From Dudresnaya verticillata (taxonomy: Eukaryota), in contig OZ374562.1 of assembly GCA_977862235.1 (NCBI GenBank), positions 372,001 to 436,000 on the forward strand: DNA of 64,000 nt, read 5' to 3'. Every line of letters begins with the position of its first letter. The stretch's first letter is position 1. This document shows positions 35,891 to 44,707 of the stretch, one piece after another. The position numbers and the translations under genes are program-made. The notes under the pieces are model-generated. The model saw only the letters and a program-made list of their open reading frames with translations, was not told the DNA's origin and did no database searches.

Positions 35891-36136
35891 TCAGAAAACA
35901 GCGGCGCAGCCACCGCGGAGCGCGATGACGAGATGGAGAACGGAGCCTCCCTCGATATTATACTCATTCGCAGGGCGGTCATCTGCGAGCTGACGTCCAC
36001 CAAAGATGAGGCGCTGCTGCTTGGGGTCAATTCCGGCCTTCTCCTCAACGCGCTCCTTGATACGCCAGATGGTATCGGTGGGGTCGATGTCAATTTCGGT
36101 CTGGTTTCCCGTCAAGAGCTTCACCTTGACGAGCAT
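35891..36136 (-). CDS. NEDD8: NEDD8/RUB1 ubiquitin-like protein precursor
   Basis: 76-aa ubiquitin fold ending [10 protein letters not shown], plus a 5-aa extension CAAVF. It has Ala72 (not Arg72) and the NEDD8-typical [17 protein letters not shown] and GGSVLHLV segments. Confidence 0.93.
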   Translation of the reverse strand: MLVKVKLLTGNQTEIDIDPTDTIWRIKERVEEKAGIDPKQQRLIFGGRQLADDRPANEYNIEGGSVLHLVIALRGGCAAVF

Positions 36137-36688
36137 CTTGAAGTGGCCGGTGTGGCCTTGTTCGGCTGACTCGTTGCCGACGCGGGGCGGGGTTGAGGGC
36201 TTGTTGACGAGCTCACGGGAGAGCTGTAGAGCGTGCAGGACTCCGTAGGGTAGGAAGTTGAAGGGTCACTGAAACAGACCGAGCCTCTTGTGAATTGGGC
36301 GGTTGGGTCGATGAGAGGGATGTTCGGTTCGGCCGGTGATACGGTTGCAGATAGGATAGGTGCTTTCCCACTTGTGCTCAGGCCGTTGGGCTTCCAGCTT
36401 GGAGGTCGCATTCGATTCCGCGCTCCATTCGCCCGATTTCCTGTAATGCTGCGTTCCGTGCCAAAAATAGGCGCATGATTTGATCTAAATTACAGACCCG
36501 TATCTCAACCTTTGTCGGGCTGATTAGCAAGCCCAATCCTTGAGCCAGCGACCAGAGCTTGTGCCCGTCGTAGCTACAGAAGAAAAGTGTGCTAACTGCG
36601 ATTCAAATGCAACCGATGCACGAAACCAGCTGTGCTCAGTCGTCCGCCCATCTCACTTGCGGAGAATAGAGCGCACCCAGTAGATGTG

Positions 36689-37612
36689 TTACGGTTGCTT
36701 TCCGCCAAGTTCTTTCTGCAGTCGTTGTAGTGATTCGTTCGATTGTTGAAACAGATGGTCATGCACGGGGCCGCTGGAACCGTCTACAACACATCTGCTC
36801 ATCTTAAGCAAAGCTTCACCATATTGGGACGTTGGGTTCGAAAACGGCACATGCTGAGCCCCACCGGTGGCATCCTTTCGAAGCTCCCTATCAACCACAG
36901 CCGCAATCGCCTTAGCACAGTCGGCAGCCGACTGTCCTTCCGCGTTCCTTTTCTCCAACGTCCTAAGATAGTCGTTCACGAGAAGCCGTGGCAGCGTTGG
37001 AACCTCGTCCGCAGGCCGGCTACCCTGCACCCCCTCGCTCTGAAAGCGTTTCGAAAACTCCGTGGCGGTCGGTCCGGGATTGACCATAACAACCTTCACG
37101 TTGTCCTTCTGCACCGAGTATCGGAAGCTATCCATCATGCCCTCGACAGCGTGCTTGCTGGCCGTGTAAATATCCACGCACGGCAACCCGCGCCAACCCG
37201 AAGTCGACGAGACGGTCACGACCAGTCCGCCGCCGCGCAGCCGCATGAGCGGGACCAGCACCTGGCACATGCGCATGACGCCCCATACGTTGACCTCGAA
37301 GACGCGCTTCGCTTCCTCGATATGCAGCGTTTCTAGCGTACCCGGCATCCCCCACCCCGCATTGTTCACCAGCACGTCGCAACCGCCGTATGTGCCGCTG
37401 AGGTACGACGTGAGAGCCCCGGCGCTTTCGTCGCATGTCACGTCAAGGGGCTGAATGTCACACCCGGAATCTCGTAAGCTGGACGGAGCGGTGGGCGGCG
37501 AGCGTAGTGTTGCCACTACTGAGAAGTGCATACGTGATAGACACAGACATAGCTCCAGACCGATTCCTGTTGAGCTTCCGGTCACTACGACCACTGGTTT
37601 CTTGTCGGACAT
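36689..37612 (-). CDS. Classical short-chain dehydrogenase/reductase (SDR)
   Basis: TGSSTGIG Rossmann motif, NNAG, catalytic Ser (VSSTSG), YTASK, and NPG. The start MSDKKP at 37612 is likely; an upstream in-frame extension may be a targeting peptide. Confidence 0.92.
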   Translation of the reverse strand: MSDKKPVVVVTGSSTGIGLELCLCLSRMHFSVVATLRSPPTAPSSLRDSGCDIQPLDVTCDESAGALTSYLSGTYGGCDVLVNNAGWGMPGTLETLHIEEAKRVFEVNVWGVMRMCQVLVPLMRLRGGGLVVTVSSTSGWRGLPCVDIYTASKHAVEGMMDSFRYSVQKDNVKVVMVNPGPTATEFSKRFQSEGVQGSRPADEVPTLPRLLVNDYLRTLEKRNAEGQSAADCAKAIAAVVDRELRKDATGGAQHVPFSNPTSQYGEALLKMSRCVVDGSSGPVHDHLFQQSNESLQRLQKELGGKQP

Positions 37613-38268
37613 GGTCGGGGACCGCTTTGAAGGCTCAGCACCTGTCAGATCAAGCCTCTTGAAACCGTTTGCGAATAGTCGGCTAGATGTGGTACCTGGA
37701 ATGCACAAAGCAGTGGAAGCTCCTTGTGGAAATTCAGCTCCAGGATGAGGTAGCTCAGTGCAAAGCCCCGGCTGACAAGGTATCGTTAGAAGCTTTCAAC
37801 TTCAAGAGATACTTTTCCGCGAGGGAGCAGAGAGCACCGCGACGTTCTTGCAGGGTATGAAAGGAGCAGCAATGCTCTCTTGTTCCAGAGGTTGCGGAGA
37901 CCGGATCTCCAGGACATGCGGATACTGTAAGCAGTAAAGGAGACGAGTTGGTGCAACCGCGAAATGTCATGGCCCTTCCGGTCGGCTCAACAAATGTGGC
38001 CCGCCAGGCCGCAATCGTCATTCCTGGCTGAGTCTGTGTCCTCAACTACATACAACGCTTTTGTCACAATGGGTCTTCGAAGTGGACTTGCCGTTCCGAG
38101 GAATGCTTGCCACTTCCCTTCACAGTTAGTCGGAACGCGGGCTGGTGCCTTTTCCCTCTTAGTAGGTCACGGTGTGTGGGGAAACAGAAACAAAGCTCTT
38201 CGCGAACAGAACAAGCTTATTCAGGGCAATGCCGTGAGAAGACCCTGTACTCCTTCCAGCTCGGCGCG

Positions 38269-39309
38269 ATGGGGTCCCTCACATTCCCCGGGCTAAGAAC
38301 CTTTCTGTTCATCCCACGCACTATTCGCCTTTATGTTGCATTCGTGCTTTCCTCCTACCTGCTGCTCGTGTACGGCCCCACGACTAACTGGAAGCCAACC
38401 CGAAGGAAACCTTTTCTACTGACACGGATGGGCATTGCCGACTGCCTCTCACGAAGATGCCTCCACTCGGCTCGCTTTGCCACCCAAGGTCTCTCGGCCG
38501 AGGATGCCTCATTAGCGCAGAACCACATCCGCGCATATCTATCTCTGGAGCCAGAGCAGCCGCCAGCCGCACCACGAACCTTCTTGCGCCTCGCGGCGAC
38601 CGCAACATGCGCGGTGGTCGGTGGGGCTCCTCTCGCGCGCGGAGTGTCCGCTGCGGAGCAATCGCGTCTAGTCGACAGCACGGCGGAGCTGACCTTTCGC
38701 CTCAACGTCCGCGCTCCAGAACTACTCATCGCGGAGGGCAGCGCGCCGCCGCTGGGAACGCGCACCGACGCGCTGTTCATACAGCGAGGCTCGCTTCACT
38801 CCTTCGAGCGGTACATACAAGGCTGGGGTGAGGGCAATGCCACCCTCGGAGCGGCCCGCCGTATGGCTGGCAAGCGGTTGCTGGAAGAGCATAATCCTGT
38901 GCTGGTGTTCCGGCCCGAGTGCCCTAGCCGCTTCGCTTCTTGCCCGAAGGCGTGGGAGGCGCTCAATCAGGCGTCGCTTCTCAAATGGACGGGGGTACAT
39001 CTTTTGCACTATGAGGTTGAGATGCTCACAAACAAGCTGTTGCGTCTCGTGGCAGGGAAGCGGCAGTTCCGAATTGGTGCAGATGTACCAAGCACAGGGA
39101 TTGTTGCCATTGTCGCGGCAGTGCAAATGTGTGCCAGAGTACACGCCTTTGCAATGAATGGTTCTGTCCACGGTGACAGAGATATTCCGCTGCAGGACGT
39201 TTGGCAAGGCCATAAGCTACAATCTGAGAGGAGATTGCTTCACTGGCTTGCGAGCTGCCCAAGCCATGAACCACACGGACTCTGCGGAAAGCTTACGATA
39301 ATATCATAG
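38269..39309 (+). CDS. Glycosyltransferase family 29 (sialyltransferase-like), type II Golgi membrane protein
   Basis: N-terminal hydrophobic anchor (LYVAFVLSSYLLLVY). Sialylmotif L-like CAVVGG...VDS...FRLN, motif S-like PSTGIVAIVAAVQMCARVHAFA, and VS motif HKLQSE. Confidence 0.8.
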   Translation: MGSLTFPGLRTFLFIPRTIRLYVAFVLSSYLLLVYGPTTNWKPTRRKPFLLTRMGIADCLSRRCLHSARFATQGLSAEDASLAQNHIRAYLSLEPEQPPAAPRTFLRLAATATCAVVGGAPLARGVSAAEQSRLVDSTAELTFRLNVRAPELLIAEGSAPPLGTRTDALFIQRGSLHSFERYIQGWGEGNATLGAARRMAGKRLLEEHNPVLVFRPECPSRFASCPKAWEALNQASLLKWTGVHLLHYEVEMLTNKLLRLVAGKRQFRIGADVPSTGIVAIVAAVQMCARVHAFAMNGSVHGDRDIPLQDVWQGHKLQSERRLLHWLASCPSHEPHGLCGKLTIIS

Positions 39310-39901
39310 AAGCTGAGAGCTTGCAGCTCTTGGGACTTGTGGGGTTCCTTGCTCATGCAAACTCTGGAGTCGCCATAAAAAGCTGATTCCTGAAACTTTG
39401 GCAAAGAGCTCCTCTTCTGAAAACACTTTAGTAGCCGCAAGTATGTGATACAGGACACATGCATCCTGGACCAAATACGCTCGGGCGAAGCCGATCGTGC
39501 AACACAAGAGCACTTGGCTTGCTGAGTCTGTCTCCTTCGTCAGTAATGTACCAGCTGAGCAACTCTCTTCTATGAGCATGCCGTGTTTGCGAAAGGCGCA
39601 TGCTGAGGCCAACGCAGGAATTGCAGGTGGCGTCCCACTTAAATAGAACGCCACCCAGTGGCACCAGCCCTAAGACATTCACACAGCATCAATTTTTGAG
39701 CTGGATTTTCGATGGCCTTTGGTCGCCTTCATTCGAAGGCTGCTGGGGTTGTAGCCTCGAGTTGCACCACCAGCTCCGGTAGGTGGTCTGCTTGGCTTGA
39801 ATTCAGGCCTGCGTCTGGTAAGCCTCCGGGGACGCGTAGAACCAGGTCTACCCCTAGCCTTGACATCTGAACGCCGGGTTTGGCCTGACAGACTGTTCAT
39901 C

Positions 39902-40321
39902 ATGCCGGCAGCACCAGTGGGGCAGCCCCCTTCCCAGCAGCCGGTAACAACCAAGAAGCCCCCGACAGCAAGCGAGCTGGAAAAGACGGAAATCGGGTGT
40001 ATGCTAGGAGCTTTCCGAGATGTGGCTCAAAGCATCGGCATGCAGGTGATGGCTGTGACCCTGGAAGTTGCCTCGACAACGGAACAGCCCAACCCTGCTG
40101 GGCCGTCTGTGTTGCCTAAGAAGCGCCCGCGTCGCGACAAGAAACTGATTGCGCTTGTTCAGACCTTTGCGGATAACGTACTCATGATCGGCTTTAAACT
40201 TGTCCAGATTGACATGAAACCCGTACCGAGAGTCCAGGTCGACGAGCGAAAGAAGTGGCGTATACGCGTCGACCTTGTAACTTCTGATGGGGAGCCAGTC
40301 GCAGAGCCATCCGGGGCTTAG
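39902..40321 (+). CDS. Hypothetical 139-aa protein with internal duplication and basic NLS-like motif
   Basis: ATG ORF with protein-like composition, two similar helix-IG-strand segments, and PKKRPRRDKK between them. Confidence 0.55.
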   Translation: MPAAPVGQPPSQQPVTTKKPPTASELEKTEIGCMLGAFRDVAQSIGMQVMAVTLEVASTTEQPNPAGPSVLPKKRPRRDKKLIALVQTFADNVLMIGFKLVQIDMKPVPRVQVDERKKWRIRVDLVTSDGEPVAEPSGA

Positions 40322-41069
40322 TCAAGGTATAATTAAATGTCATTTACGAAAAGTTCTCAGGTTCCACCAAGACAGGCCCCACTTTGGGACAGTCAGCCGC
40401 TTGGCCATGTTCTCCTAGCGATAAGTTGCAAGTTTAGTTTGTGCGAGTACTTGTAAAAGTTTGTCGGCAGCTTGGTACTGTTTGTGTAGGTCCCTTGGGG
40501 AGTGTTCGCTCTCAATCTAACAGAGAGCTGGAAAATCATCCGCACCTGTGGGAACGGAGTCTGTCATGACTACACTTTTAGCAAACTGGCCTAGAAGGCA
40601 GTCTTTTTGACAAACTCAGAGTCGGGCCACATCAAAATCGATCGTTCGCACTGATAGCTCTAGCTGTGCCGGAGCCAAGACCTCCAAGGGATGAAGCCAC
40701 TTTGTCATCTTTCTAGTTTCACCGATCCCGGCCCAGGGACATCAATCCTATCTCCGTACAACTTATATAATTGTCACGGATGGACGAACCGCTGTCATTG
40801 CGCACATTTGGTGCGAATTTTTATTTCCGATTCAGCCGCCAAAGCTCCCCAAAGCCCCGAGGAATTTTCTGAAGATCAAAAGGGGGCAGCGCGGAAAAAG
40901 ATTTATCGTGAACTTGAAGATCGCACGGTCTTTCTCGAGCGGTACTCTCGCCGGTGTGCATCCGCTTTCCTGGACGCGAAGCCAGGGCCTGCTGCAAAAA
41001 CCGAAACGCCGTTGACACAGTAGTTCGTCACAGGACTGTTCCGTGCGCTCCTCTGGGCGACTATCTGCG

Positions 41070-43868
41070 ATGGCTTTCGGCGGTGGATTCGGGCAGTCGT
41101 CAAGCACTCTGTTTGGATCAAGTCAGCCCTCGCTTTTCGGTGCGCCAAGCCAACCGACTGGGTTGTTCGGGAACGCAGGGATGTCGGCACCAGCAATGTC
41201 GTCAAGTGCTTTCGGCCAAGCGATCCCAAGCGCGAACTCCCTTTGGGGAACACAGGCAGGGTTTGGTGGCTCGCAACCGGCAGTCGGTCAGGGTACACGA
41301 GCGGCAAAGTGGCAGGTATCTCAACTCTACGACAGTTCCGGTGCGTCAGAGGCAAGCAAATTCCATTCAATATCTGCTATGGAACCGTTTAGAGAGTTCT
41401 CAGTTGAAGAACTGCGTCTCCAAGATTACTCTCGAGGAGATAAGGGGGGCGAGCAAGCCTCGGCACAACAAGGCGCATTCGGGGGAGCTTTCGGTGCACA
41501 GTCCCAAAGTGCCTTTGGGTCTGGATTTGGTGGTGCGCAATCCGCAGGAGCCTTCGGAGCAGGGTCCAGTGCTCTTGGTGCAGGTGGGAATACTGGTTTC
41601 GGCGCGTCAAGCTCGGCGTTTGGTGCAAGCGCAGCCTTTGGGGCCACCGGCGGCACAGGCTTCGGTGGTGGAATGAACCAGGGCTTCGGGGGTGCGGGCA
41701 GTACTGGGTTTGGCGCGCAGAGTTCTGCGTTTGGAGGTCAGAGTACAGGGTTTGGTGCTCAGAGCACAGGGTTTGGTGCTCAGAGCTCAGGGTTTGGCGC
41801 CCAGAGCATGGGTTTTGGAAGCAGTGGTGGTGCATTTGGCGCAGGAGCTCCCCAAAGCTCTGCGTTTGGAGCAGCAGGACAAAGCTCAGGTTTTGGGGCC
41901 GCTTTCGCAGGGGCTTCTTCATCCGGTTTCGGGGCCGGGACATTCAGCTCCTCAGCATTTGGAGCATCATCGTCTGCGGCGCCACTGTTCGGGGCTGCAA
42001 CTGCATCCCAACCGGCTGGTGGAGGCATATTCGGTGGTGCTTCAAGCCAACAAAATCCGGCAACGTCTTTATTCGGCGCACCATCCGCAGCTGGTTTGGG
42101 TGCTTCTGGGGCTTTTGGTGGGGGCTTTGGTGGAAATACAGGCGCTCAGTCAGCCCCATCTTTGTTTGGTGGTGGATTTGGTTTAGGTGGCCTTGGGGCT
42201 GCTTCTGGAGCTTCATCCTCAGGGGGCTTGTTTGGTGCCTCAGGGGCATCGCTGGGACTTGGAAGCACAGGGACCAACCTGTTTGGCGGTGGGTTTGGTG
42301 CGTCAACAAGTGGACCTGCGGCTAGCGGTGGGGGGTCGCTGTTTGGAGGGGGTCAAACAGGATTTGGGTTAGGCCTTGGGTCAGGTTTTGGTGCTGGTAT
42401 GAGCGGTGGATTCGGCTCGGGTGCTTTTGGTGCTAGCATGCCTCAACAGCAGCAAATGCAACAGCTGGTGCAACAGACACCCGGGCCTCTTCAGGCGTCG
42501 CTGACCGCAAGCCCGTTCGGGGATTCGAGGCTGTTCGCCGGACTTGCGTACAAGCCTGGACCTCAACCTAACAGTGCTGGCGCGTCTGTTGTTAACACTG
42601 CGGGCGCAGCTGGGCAACCACAGGCGCGCCCCGTTAGTGTTGTTGTCGGATCCACATCTAAGGTACATCGCCGAACGAGAAATTCTGAGGTCCTCGCTCG
42701 CCACAATGTTATGCGACGCCGTAGTCCTGGCCGTGGGTGGTTCCCATCGTCGCCCATGCGCCCTTGGGGTGAAGAAGGGTCATTGTTTAACGTTGGAAGC
42801 GCCATGCGCGCGAATCCTGAAGGACGAGGGTTGACAAAACCTCAAGGCTTGCAAAAGTATGAAACATCCTGGAGGAGTGAAGAGCAAAAGGCGAGAATCG
42901 CGAACCTAAAGCGACTGGTTATAGAGCCACTACCAGACGATCCTGTTCTGCGGCATGCGTCAGTGCCACAAAATAGCCATCAAGAGGCTGCTCAAAACGG
43001 CGTCCGGTCACAAGGAGAAGACCCTGGGGCTGGAGTGGGTACCCCAGCTGCGAGAACTGCTGGAGGAAATGTCGGTCGTCCCAGCCTTTTTCGCCCGGAT
43101 GTCGGTCGCTCAACGGGGCTGTTTGGAAGCCGAGTTGGGTCCGTCGTCGCGAGCGATGCATCTCCTGAAAGCGATGCTTTGGGAAGAGAATCGACGCCAG
43201 GACAGCCTGCTATGGAAAGTAGAGGTATAGATGTGGAAGCAGAAACAGAAGCAGGCGACTTGGGATCTGAGCAGAATCTTGGAGAGAGCGAACAGGTCGG
43301 GGTGGGGGAAGAAAGGCCGGGCCAATTCATACACAATGACTTTCGGCAGAGTCAGACCCCTGTTTCTGGAGAAATAGAGGGAATGGTCAGACCTGGGGGT
43401 AGACAAACCCCGACAAGCATGCGCTCCTTGGTGCCAAAGATAACGAGTGTGGATGTCACTGTAGAGCCATCCCTGCAAGAAATGTCGAGGATGGCAGAAG
43501 ATGAGCTATCTCGTGTGGAGAATTTTACACTCTCGAAGGACGGCATTGGAAAGATCACATGGCTGGAGCCGACAGACGTCCGTGGGCTAGACATTGATGC
43601 TATCGTGGATATCAAGCCACGCGAGATCAGTGTGTATCCACAAGATGAGGATGTACCACCTGTTGGACAAGGTCTGAACAAACTGGCTCGCATACAACTA
43701 TTCGGGATATCGAAAGTGGATAAGTATACAAAGAAGGTGAAAAAGGATGCTGCGACTGCTGCGAAGATGGTTGCGAGACTGAAAGCCCACTGCGAAAGCG
43801 AAGGACTGCAATTCCTTGGATATGACATAGCTTCGGGAACGTGGACGTTCCAGGCAAGCAGCTTCTGA
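41070..43868 (+). CDS. NUP98: Nucleoporin Nup98 (FG repeats, GLEBS, C-terminal peptidase S59-like domain), not fused to Nup96
   Basis: Starts MAFGGGFG and has extensive FG repeats. GLEBS motif FHSISAMEPFREFSVEELRLQDY. C-terminal domain VENFTL..GIGKITWLEPTDVRGLDID...PPVGQGLN...GTWTF. Confidence 0.93.
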   Translation: MAFGGGFGQSSSTLFGSSQPSLFGAPSQPTGLFGNAGMSAPAMSSSAFGQAIPSANSLWGTQAGFGGSQPAVGQGTRAAKWQVSQLYDSSGASEASKFHSISAMEPFREFSVEELRLQDYSRGDKGGEQASAQQGAFGGAFGAQSQSAFGSGFGGAQSAGAFGAGSSALGAGGNTGFGASSSAFGASAAFGATGGTGFGGGMNQGFGGAGSTGFGAQSSAFGGQSTGFGAQSTGFGAQSSGFGAQSMGFGSSGGAFGAGAPQSSAFGAAGQSSGFGAAFAGASSSGFGAGTFSSSAFGASSSAAPLFGAATASQPAGGGIFGGASSQQNPATSLFGAPSAAGLGASGAFGGGFGGNTGAQSAPSLFGGGFGLGGLGAASGASSSGGLFGASGASLGLGSTGTNLFGGGFGASTSGPAASGGGSLFGGGQTGFGLGLGSGFGAGMSGGFGSGAFGASMPQQQQMQQLVQQTPGPLQASLTASPFGDSRLFAGLAYKPGPQPNSAGASVVNTAGAAGQPQARPVSVVVGSTSKVHRRTRNSEVLARHNVMRRRSPGRGWFPSSPMRPWGEEGSLFNVGSAMRANPEGRGLTKPQGLQKYETSWRSEEQKARIANLKRLVIEPLPDDPVLRHASVPQNSHQEAAQNGVRSQGEDPGAGVGTPAARTAGGNVGRPSLFRPDVGRSTGLFGSRVGSVVASDASPESDALGRESTPGQPAMESRGIDVEAETEAGDLGSEQNLGESEQVGVGEERPGQFIHNDFRQSQTPVSGEIEGMVRPGGRQTPTSMRSLVPKITSVDVTVEPSLQEMSRMAEDELSRVENFTLSKDGIGKITWLEPTDVRGLDIDAIVDIKPREISVYPQDEDVPPVGQGLNKLARIQLFGISKVDKYTKKVKKDAATAAKMVARLKAHCESEGLQFLGYDIASGTWTFQASSF

Positions 43869-44707
43869 TGCACTATCGCCATTGTAGAATGGCGTGTGCT
43901 CTCTTTTGACTTTTTGACTTCGCGACTTGTAAATATGCCGAGCGCTTCATTAACAACAAGGCTCGCATTTGACACGACAGTTTGTTCTTTTGTTCTAAAA
44001 GCATATATTGCATCATAGGCGCAAGGAACAGCGATTGAGTTTCTCTTCTCAATAGGAATGAGACCTCTCTCCTGCATGTGCTTTGTGATTTTATCTCTAT
44101 TGCCCTGAACCCTACGAGCATCGGGCTTAAATAAGTGGGCACAACAATGGCAGAGTGAGACAATACGCATGTACGGTGGATCTCGGGCGTTGAATGATTC
44201 TCAGTCTTGGGGGTCAAAGACCGTCTGTCTGAAGGCACTGCCGCGGTGACGCTGACAGTGCTCTACTTTTCTTTACTGTAATGTTCCGTTCCAGAGCGGA
44301 TCGGGATTTCTATGGCGACGCAGATCCGGATTTGGAGTGCCATTCCCAAGCCAGAAGTAATCCTTCAGGAGCTTTCGACTCGTCACGTTGCGAGCAAAGA
44401 TTCGCCGCAACAAATCTTGTGTCTCCCGACTTAGGACACTACCGCAGCTGGCCTCCCTTGCTGCTCTTCGAACCTTGTGCAGTCAAGCAAGTGCGCGAAT
44501 GATCGGATAGTCCTGGGCTCTCAAGAGCGTGTCTGATCCTTACGGAAAAGCTTGAACGGACTACTACCGGCGGCGTCTACGAGTGTAGCATCCAACTGAC
44601 GCAGGCCATACTTGCGCCAGGATCGTCATCGTTGAAACCTCTTTTGCTGCCTATCCGGCCAACTTCTGTTTTTTGCTTTTCGCTTCGTCCGTACTACTAC
44701 ACCAATC

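Noticed and set aside
35891..35908. NEDD8 tail CAAVF as a CaaX prenylation signal
   Set aside because: The Cys is fifth from the end, not fourth, and the tail is the propeptide removed after GG.
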